59,310 nucleotides of DNA from a bacterium (GTDB lineage: Bacteria > Patescibacteriota > Minisyncoccia > UBA6257 > JAGOQP01). The DNA lies in the NCBI GenBank assembly GCA_021812345.1, contig JAKANP010000004.1:1-59310 (forward strand). The letters are read 5' to 3'. Within the stretch, counting starts at the first letter, position 1. Each line of letters starts with the position of its first letter. The position numbers were made by a program, and so were the translations under genes. Positions 26,271 to 33,413 of this stretch are shown piece after piece. Below the pieces are notes generated by a model, which was given only the letters and a program-made list of their open reading frames with translations, did no database searches and was not told the DNA's origin.

Positions 26271-27497
26271 ATGTTGGATATAAAATTTATCAGAGAAAAT
26301 ACGGAAGCGGTTAAAAAATCGGCCATTGGAAAAGGTTTCGATATAGATTTTTTAGACGAACTTTTACGCCTGGATAAAGAGCGAAGAGTTTTGCTAGGAG
26401 AAATAGAATCTCTTAATGCGGACCGTAAAAAAAATACGGACAAAGAAAAAGGCAAAGAAATTAAAGAGTTGTTAAATAAAAAAGAAGAAAAATTTAAATC
26501 AACTTCCGAAAGATATAACGATTTAATGTTGAGAGTTCCCAACTTGTCGGCAAGTGATGTTAAAGTTGGCTCTCCGGAGGAAAATGAAGTTGTAAAAACT
26601 GTCGGTAAAATTCCAAAATTTGATTTTACACCCAAAGATCATGTTGAGATCGGACAGCTTACCGATATTTTGGATATTGAGAGGGGAACTAAAGTGGCTC
26701 AATCCGGATTTTATTATATAAAAAACGACGGCGTTCTTTTGGAGCAATCACTCATTAATTTTGCCATCAAAAAATTATTATCCAAAGGATTTTCAATTTG
26801 GATAACTCCTAACGTAGCTAAGGAAAAAAACATTGTTGGTTGCGGATATCAGGCGCGAAGCGAGAAAGAGAGACAAATTTATCATATTGAAGGAGAGGAC
26901 TTGGATCTGATTGGAACCGCCGAGATAACTTTAGTGGGACTTCATACCGATGAAGTTATAGATGGAGAAAAATTGCCGATAAAATATGCCGGACTTTCTT
27001 CTTGTTATCGAACCGAAGCCGGAAGTTACGGCAAGGATGTGCGTGGCATTCTAAGGGTTCATGAATTCAGAAAAGTTGAAATGGTTGTTTTCTGTAAGCC
27101 GGAAGATGATCTAAAAATTCACAACGAACTTTTGGAAATAGAAGAAGAGTTGTGGAAGGAACTTGGCATTTCTTATCAAGTAATCAAGATGGCGTCAGGG
27201 GATTTGGGCAGTGCCGCCTCAAGAAAATATGATATTGAAGCGTGGATGCCTTCTCAAAATAAATATAGAGAAGTAACTAGCACTAGTAGCACGACTGATT
27301 TTCAAACTCGACGACTCAATATCAAAACTAAAATCAACGGACAAAATATTTTTCCGCATACGCTCAATGGTACGGTTTTTGCTTTAGGCAGAGCGATGAT
27401 AGCGATTATGGAAAATTATCAAAACGAAGGCGGTTCTTTTAAAGTTCCGGAGGTTTTAAAAAATTTTATCGGCAAAGATAAAATCGATATCAAATAA
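26271..27497 (+). CDS. serS: Seryl-tRNA synthetase
   Basis: MLDIKFIREN, LIGTAE, CYRTEAG, RVHEFRKVE, HTLNGT. Confidence 0.97.
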   Translation: MLDIKFIRENTEAVKKSAIGKGFDIDFLDELLRLDKERRVLLGEIESLNADRKKNTDKEKGKEIKELLNKKEEKFKSTSERYNDLMLRVPNLSASDVKVGSPEENEVVKTVGKIPKFDFTPKDHVEIGQLTDILDIERGTKVAQSGFYYIKNDGVLLEQSLINFAIKKLLSKGFSIWITPNVAKEKNIVGCGYQARSEKERQIYHIEGEDLDLIGTAEITLVGLHTDEVIDGEKLPIKYAGLSSCYRTEAGSYGKDVRGILRVHEFRKVEMVVFCKPEDDLKIHNELLEIEEELWKELGISYQVIKMASGDLGSAASRKYDIEAWMPSQNKYREVTSTSSTTDFQTRRLNIKTKINGQNIFPHTLNGTVFALGRAMIAIMENYQNEGGSFKVPEVLKNFIGKDKIDIK

Positions 27498-27553
27498 TTT
27501 TTTTGGGGACTTTATTTTTTGTTTTTTATCGTTTATATTTTATTTTGAGTTAA

Positions 27554-27627
27554 GGCAGGGTAGCTCAGCTGGTTAGAGCGGGCGTTTCATAAGCGCCAGG
27601 TCGCGGGTTCGAGTCCCGCCCCTGCTA
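27554..27627 (+). tRNA. tRNA with CAT anticodon (elongator Met; Ile2 not excluded)
   Basis: GGCAGGG/CCCTGCT acceptor stem, GGCGT-TTCATAA-GCGCC, GGTTCGAGTCC. Confidence 0.92.
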
Positions 27628-27653
27628 CGGAAATATATTTACCAATACGATAA

Positions 27654-28100
27654 ATGAAAAAATTGTCTTCAAAAGAAAAAGACATATTGCGTCAAAATAT
27701 CGTCGATTTTGCAAAAAAATTTGTCGGAGTGCCGTATAAATACGGCGCTACTTTAAAAGACGCTCCGCAGGCTTTTGATTGCTCGGGTTTTATCCAATAT
27801 GTCTATAAAAATTTTGGATATGAAATTCCGAGGAGTACTATCCTGCAAGCTGAATTTATAAAAAAAACAGTTGCCGGTATTGGTTATATTATAATAGGTG
27901 ATTTAATTTATATGCATGGCGAAAGAGGATATTATACAAAAAAATTTCCACAAGGAATCGGCCATGTAGTTTTGTATATAGGAGACGGTAAGGTTATTCA
28001 CGCCGGAGGTAAAGGCAAGAGCGCGGGAGTAAAAATTGATAAAATAAAAAATGTGATAACAAGAAGTGGGCCGTTAGTTGTTATAAAAAGGATTATTTAG
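27654..28100 (+). CDS. NlpC/P60 (C40) peptidoglycan peptidase
   Basis: GVPYKYG, FDCSGF and GHVVLYIGDGKVIHA catalytic Cys/His motifs; no signal peptide. Confidence 0.92.
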   Translation: MKKLSSKEKDILRQNIVDFAKKFVGVPYKYGATLKDAPQAFDCSGFIQYVYKNFGYEIPRSTILQAEFIKKTVAGIGYIIIGDLIYMHGERGYYTKKFPQGIGHVVLYIGDGKVIHAGGKGKSAGVKIDKIKNVITRSGPLVVIKRII

Positions 28101-28104
28101 GTTT

Positions 28105-28764
28105 ATGCCTATTTATAAATACGTAAATGCGGATTTTTTTAAAAAGTGGAGTTTTGATATGGCTTATGTCCTGGGATTTTTTACAGCTGATGGAAATATG
28201 ATAAGAAATAAGCGAGGAGCATATTTTATTGAATTTACCAGTACCGATAAGGATATTATATATAAAATCCACAAAGTTATGCGATCAGATCATAAGATTT
28301 CATCAAGGCAAAGAACAGAAAAAACGGAATATCGTTTTCAATTAGGCAGTAAAAATATGTTTAAGGATTTAATCAAGCTCGGACTCACTCCAAATAAAAG
28401 CAAGACGATTAAATTACCCAGTATTCCGATAAAGTATCTCCCAGATTTTGTAAGAGGGTATTTTGATGGAGATGGGAATGTCACGTTCGGATATTTTAAA
28501 AGGAAAGGGAAAGTTCGTCACTCTCCAATTATAATGGTAAGATTCACATCTGGAAGTAAAGATTTTATTTATCAATTGAAAAATAAGTTGTCCAGTATAA
28601 TAAAAGTATGCGGATGCATTTCTCATTCAAGCGGTGCTTATAGATTGTCATATGCCAAGCATGAGTCGTATAAATTGTTTGCATTTATGTATCGCAATAA
28701 TTATGAGGGGTTGATTTATCTCAATAGAAAATATAGAATCTTTAAAAATGCGGGCGTAGCTTAG
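28105..28764 (+). CDS. Free-standing two-motif LAGLIDADG homing endonuclease-like protein
   Basis: MAYVLGFFTADG and DFVRGYFDGDG motifs; stop codon lies inside tRNA-Asp. Confidence 0.9.
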   Translation: MPIYKYVNADFFKKWSFDMAYVLGFFTADGNMIRNKRGAYFIEFTSTDKDIIYKIHKVMRSDHKISSRQRTEKTEYRFQLGSKNMFKDLIKLGLTPNKSKTIKLPSIPIKYLPDFVRGYFDGDGNVTFGYFKRKGKVRHSPIIMVRFTSGSKDFIYQLKNKLSSIIKVCGCISHSSGAYRLSYAKHESYKLFAFMYRNNYEGLIYLNRKYRIFKNAGVA

Positions 28765-28823
28765 TTGGTTAGAGCGCTGCCCTGTCACGGCAGAGGTCGC
28801 CGGTTCAACTCCGGTCGCCCGCG
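28750..28823 (+). tRNA. tRNA-Asp(GTC)
   Basis: GCGGGCG/CGCCCGC acceptor stem, CTGCC-CTGTCAC-GGCAG, G73. Confidence 0.95.
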
Positions 28824-28888
28824 CAAGATAAAAACCGTTATGAACGGTTTTTGATATAAAAAATCAAGTATTTATGCGGTGTTTATAG

Positions 28889-28917
28889 TTGACAAAAATA
28901 TGTAAAACTGATATAAT
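28889..28917 (+). promoter_or_regulatory. Perfect-consensus sigma70 promoter
   Basis: TTGACA-N17-TATAAT with extended TG. Confidence 0.8.
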
Positions 28918-28998
28918 ATGTTTGGAACATTGAGAAACTAACTACTTAAAACAAAAATACAACAATCCGCCAAAAGGCGGAAGAAAGGTGGAAGTAAA

Positions 28999-30111
28999 AT
29001 GAAAAAGAATCTGTTTGTTTTGGTGATGGTGGTGGTAGCATTTCTGGCGGTCACGGCCAACGTGACGATGGCACAGACGACTTCGGTCGATCCGCTGGGC
29101 AACACCTGGACTCGGGCGAATTTCGGTTCGCCTGAGGCCAACTACTGGGTTGACCAGTTGGGGTTTGCGGATGTGGCGGCGGTTCAGGATGCCCTGAACC
29201 ACTACTACACGCAGTGCCCGCCGGGGACTTCCGAACGGTGGGGCGACGGGTGGCTCTCCAAGTTCGTCGCGAACTTGCTGGCCATCCGGGGTTGGAACTG
29301 TTGGTCGCAGCTCGACCAGCAGCAACAGTCGCAACTCGTTGACGTGCTTTCAGACGCCGTTAACGAGAATACGTTTCGGATTGATTCGACCTGCGGGCTT
29401 GACCCGTGGAACAGCTGCAGTGAGGACTTCGTGTCCATGCTGTCGCTGGTTTCGCGGGTAAAGAATTTTTACCCGCAGGTCGTCGAGAAGGTTGGGGCCA
29501 ACTACCTCAATAACCTCGAACAGAAGTACCTGCACCTCGTGTTCACCACCGATAACGGGTATTACTCTTTGGTGCGTGAGCAGACGCTGGATGGTGTGCA
29601 TATTCTTATGCACAACCATGGCGAACAGTCGGCTGTGTACTCCGGAGCTCTGTTGATGTATACCAACCTGGCCATCGAGTCCTACTCGTTGGCCGGTAAC
29701 CGCGTTCCGCTCTACTTTGCCTCAAACGAAGTGGTGTCCAATGTCCGCGATATGTTTTCGTGGATGCAGACACTCTCCACCACCGACGGAACGGCGTTCT
29801 TGGCTAACTGCATGAACTACCAAGGTAACTTGGTCTCATGCGGTGACGTGAATGTCACCAACGCCATCCCGCAGGTAATTACTCCGGGGAGATTCATTCA
29901 CAATCTCTTCGGAGACGGTGGTTTTACTCCGGGGATGTATGAGTATCGTTTGTTCGATACCTCATACACTGCCGGAAATGTTTGGAACCGCGGTCGTCAG
30001 GCAGATTGGAACTCGGACAACAACGAGTTCACAATCTCATGGCAGCCACGTGTTCCGGAAAAGCACCTGAAAGCCACTAAGCTTCCAATCACGACAACGA
30101 TTGTTAAGTAG
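28999..30111 (+). CDS. Secreted protein of unknown function, GC-rich (likely horizontally acquired)
   Basis: Signal peptide, SD AAAGGTGG, C/G-ending codons (40 of 60 nt are G/C at 29221-29280), own terminator. Confidence 0.88.
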   Translation: MKKNLFVLVMVVVAFLAVTANVTMAQTTSVDPLGNTWTRANFGSPEANYWVDQLGFADVAAVQDALNHYYTQCPPGTSERWGDGWLSKFVANLLAIRGWNCWSQLDQQQQSQLVDVLSDAVNENTFRIDSTCGLDPWNSCSEDFVSMLSLVSRVKNFYPQVVEKVGANYLNNLEQKYLHLVFTTDNGYYSLVREQTLDGVHILMHNHGEQSAVYSGALLMYTNLAIESYSLAGNRVPLYFASNEVVSNVRDMFSWMQTLSTTDGTAFLANCMNYQGNLVSCGDVNVTNAIPQVITPGRFIHNLFGDGGFTPGMYEYRLFDTSYTAGNVWNRGRQADWNSDNNEFTISWQPRVPEKHLKATKLPITTTIVK

Positions 30112-30131
30112 CGATTAACTTTTGAACACTC

Positions 30132-30163
30132 AGCCCCGAGATTTTCTCTCGGGGCTTATTTTT
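30132..30163 (+). terminator. Intrinsic terminator
   Basis: AGCCCCGAGA-N5-TCTCGGGGCT followed by TATTTTT. Confidence 0.8.
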
Positions 30164-30307
30164 ACAAAAAATAATTTTTAAAATATTCAATTAAATTTTT
30201 ATGTTTTTTTAATTTTTAGCGGTATTTCTATGCGTATATCTTGCTATTGAGATATTTTTGTGTTATAACATTTTTAGCAATTTAAAAAAAGAAAGGGGAA
30301 AAAAGAA

Positions 30308-31618
30308 ATGAAGAAAGGAACGTTTTCTTATTTTTTTGTCGGAATGTTTTTTGCGGTAGCATCTTTATTTGTTATTTCTCAAAATTCTTTTGGCACTGAC
30401 TTGAATCAACATATTATCAGGCGTCACATTTCCGTTATTCCACAAAGAGCAGATTGTCCGTTTCCATGGTGCGATAGCGGAGTAAAGATTTATGATGCCG
30501 TTGCTCCCGATAATCCCAACTTGTATTTGGGAAGTTTGATTTCTTTTGAGAAGCCAAGCAATTGGAAAAATTATCCTCCGCTTGCCGGCAAGGTTGCAGA
30601 ATTGACAAACGGTCTTATCTCCCAAAGAGATAAAATTATTGCAATTGCCAATTGGGTAAAAACTTCAAAGAATTATGCTTATCCGAATTTCAATCCGTGG
30701 CCTCCGACGATTGAAGATGTTTACAATTCTCCAATCGGAGTTTGCAATGAAGCGGCATTTTTGGTTTCGGCAATGCTTCGCGAAGCGGGGATTCCGGCGA
30801 TGCCGATTTCTACGATAAACAGATTACATGAAGTTTCCCGAGTTTGGGACGGTGATGAAAATCATTGGATTATCGTCGATGCGACTTTTGGTGGCGCCAG
30901 TGCCGGTCCGGCGATTATTTATGAGTGGGACGATTACTCTCTGGTGGCGGGGTTTCAGGAGCGCCCGATTCAAACATGGAACAATGTTCCTATCCCTCAA
31001 AGCGTTGGAGGCGGGAAAGTAAATACTCTTGTAAATACTCAACAGGAATTTATCAGCGAACCGCAAAAGTTGGCTCGCATTGGACTAGGGTATGTCAATT
31101 TTATTTTTCCGGTAACAAACAGATTTTTGTATTATGATCCTGTAGCAAAAACACTCTCTTACACGGGAGACTCGTCCCAGAGAGTGGCGATTGATTACAG
31201 GATTGATTCCGATGATGACCTCTGTCTGAATAATAGGCAATCGTGGTATTCAAATAATCTCGGATTTATTTTTGTCGGTCCGATTCTCAGAATGATTGAT
31301 GCTCAATATGGCTCCGGAATTTTCACAAGTTGGGGAAATGGTTATGTAAAAACCATTTTGCCAAGTTGCGGAAACTGGAGAATCAGTTATTACTTTACGA
31401 ATTTGGATTTAAACACAAATGCTTCGGGAGATAGCCAAAAATTGGCGACAGCTTACGCTCCTTTTTTGAATATCGGTGATACGGCAATCATTTCTCCGGA
31501 CATGCTTCAGATGGAGCCCGGAGCCGACCCGTATTATTTTAATATGTTGGTTAGCGTATTAAAGAAATTGCCAAACTATAATCAGCTCGTAAATAACGAA
31601 TTGATTTTTTCTAACTAA
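30308..31618 (+). CDS. Secreted transglutaminase-like (Cys-His-Asp) protein
   Basis: Signal peptide; GVCNEAAFL...LREAGIPA...H...WIIVDAT; promoter TTGCTA-N17-TATAAC at 30241-30269. Confidence 0.88.
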   Translation: MKKGTFSYFFVGMFFAVASLFVISQNSFGTDLNQHIIRRHISVIPQRADCPFPWCDSGVKIYDAVAPDNPNLYLGSLISFEKPSNWKNYPPLAGKVAELTNGLISQRDKIIAIANWVKTSKNYAYPNFNPWPPTIEDVYNSPIGVCNEAAFLVSAMLREAGIPAMPISTINRLHEVSRVWDGDENHWIIVDATFGGASAGPAIIYEWDDYSLVAGFQERPIQTWNNVPIPQSVGGGKVNTLVNTQQEFISEPQKLARIGLGYVNFIFPVTNRFLYYDPVAKTLSYTGDSSQRVAIDYRIDSDDDLCLNNRQSWYSNNLGFIFVGPILRMIDAQYGSGIFTSWGNGYVKTILPSCGNWRISYYFTNLDLNTNASGDSQKLATAYAPFLNIGDTAIISPDMLQMEPGADPYYFNMLVSVLKKLPNYNQLVNNELIFSN

Positions 31619-31740
31619 AAAAACTATCATTGTCCCGTCTTAAAAAGGCGGGATTTTTTGTTTTTTAAGGCCTATTGCTATTTAGGTGATTTTGTTTTAT
31701 AACTTTAATCAGTAATTTCACAAAGAAAGGGGAAAAGACA

Positions 31741-33261
31741 ATGAGAAAGTTGGTGAAGATTTTTTCTTGGATTGTTTTCATTTTTTTGTCGCTTACGGCA
31801 AGCAATTCTTTTGCTGTTTTCTGTCCGCCGGTTGCGGGAGATAATACCGGTAATTTGAACCAATGTATCGCTCAAGCGGCTTTATCCGACAGAATTGTTA
31901 TTTTGGGAGATTCTTGTTTGGTTGATACATCCGGAAGTGTTGTTCTTTTGAAAAGCGATTATCCGATCTCGGGGCAAGTCATTGTTCCAAGAGGAGGCAT
32001 ATCATTGATTGGCTCAAGAGCTTTTTCGGGAACTCAGATTGATATTAATTTTGGAAAAAATTATTCCAACACCGATAGTTCCAATGCGGCCTTTGTTCTG
32101 ATGGACGGAGCTGTTATCGACGGACTCACCTTTAATTATCCGGACCAAGTAAAAGGCAAGCAACTTTATGAATTTCCCCCGACAATTTCCGTTCAAGGAA
32201 GTTTCTGCCGGGTGAAAAACAGTTTCTTCCCGAATTCTTATGTAGGGATTGATGCAACGGTTCCTCACGGGAAACTTAACATGCAGAATCTTGAGTTCGG
32301 GGTTTATTATAGAGGGATTAGAGATGATCAGTGTTATGACATCGATAAGTTTGATGTCATTCACGCCAATCCCGGAATGTTTGCCACGTGGGTGGATGAT
32401 AGCGATGTGGCAAATTGGATGTATAACAACAGTGCGGCAATCGAAGTCTCACGGATTGATTGGTTTTATCTCAATCAATTTTTTGCTTTCGGCCCCAAGT
32501 ATGGAATTTTGATTAATTCTTCCAGCCACGGTTCCGTTGGCGAAGCGCAAATCATTCAAGCCGGATGTGATGCCTGTCGTTATGGAATTTATTCCAACAC
32601 TTCAGGTTCTTATCCTTGGCTTTTGACTATCAGTAATTGGTCGGGAACTGCATTTAATCCGAACAACAAGAATGATGGAGGAAACAGTATTTATCTTGTT
32701 AACGTCAGTGGAGTTAATATTTCCAATTCTAATTTTTGGGGAGTTAAGAATGACGGTATTTATCTTCAAAATTGCTCCTCAATTTCTGTTTCCGGAAATA
32801 ATTTTATTACCAACGGATGGAATACTGCCAACAATTATTCAGCAGCCATTCATTTGGTAAATTGTTCCAACGGAAGCGTTATCGGAAATAACGGAGTTGC
32901 TTCCAATAACGGAATTGGCATCAATTTGGAAAACAGCCAAGACATTTCCATTATGGGAAACAGATTTAAGACGCAATCCGATTCAATCAGAATTACCGGA
33001 ACAGCGTCCGGGATTATCACTGTTGCCAATGGCGGATGCGTTGATGATTTGTCGGGCAACGATCCATCAAATAAAATTGATAACCCATGTTATTCGGCTT
33101 CGGTGTTTACTCCGACTCCGATTATCGTCTCCACTCCGACTCCAACCGCAACTCCAACTCCAACTCCAACTTCAACTCCGGTTGCGACCCCGACTCCTAC
33201 TTCAATCGTGCCGACCCCACCGCCGACCCATCCCAAAAAGCCCGGAGTTCCGCTTTCTTAG
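31741..33261 (+). CDS. Secreted right-handed beta-helix (pectin lyase-like/NosD) protein with a Pro/Thr-rich tail
   Basis: Signal peptide; repeated GIYL.N...I.I..N.F units; PT repeat at about 33108-33230; promoter TTGCTA-N17-TATAAC at 31675-31703. Confidence 0.88.
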   Translation: MRKLVKIFSWIVFIFLSLTASNSFAVFCPPVAGDNTGNLNQCIAQAALSDRIVILGDSCLVDTSGSVVLLKSDYPISGQVIVPRGGISLIGSRAFSGTQIDINFGKNYSNTDSSNAAFVLMDGAVIDGLTFNYPDQVKGKQLYEFPPTISVQGSFCRVKNSFFPNSYVGIDATVPHGKLNMQNLEFGVYYRGIRDDQCYDIDKFDVIHANPGMFATWVDDSDVANWMYNNSAAIEVSRIDWFYLNQFFAFGPKYGILINSSSHGSVGEAQIIQAGCDACRYGIYSNTSGSYPWLLTISNWSGTAFNPNNKNDGGNSIYLVNVSGVNISNSNFWGVKNDGIYLQNCSSISVSGNNFITNGWNTANNYSAAIHLVNCSNGSVIGNNGVASNNGIGINLENSQDISIMGNRFKTQSDSIRITGTASGIITVANGGCVDDLSGNDPSNKIDNPCYSASVFTPTPIIVSTPTPTATPTPTPTSTPVATPTPTSIVPTPPPTHPKKPGVPLS

Positions 33262-33413
33262 TTTTTATTTACCCCGCTAAAAATAGCGGGGTTTTTCTAT
33301 TCCAGAAAGCCATCCTCTTCAAGGCGGGGAGGAGGCCATTAATTAGTTATCCACTTTTTAATATTTTTTTTAAAAAATATGATATAATTAAATTAAATTA
33401 TTTTATATAAAAA

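Noticed and set aside
28938..29619. Several antisense ORFs over the GC-rich gene
   Set aside because: Expected by-product of high GC and few stop codons; the plus-strand ORF has promoter, SD and signal peptide
33087..33410. Ser/Asn-repeat ORF
   Set aside because: Alternative frame of the Pro/Thr repeat of 31741..33261
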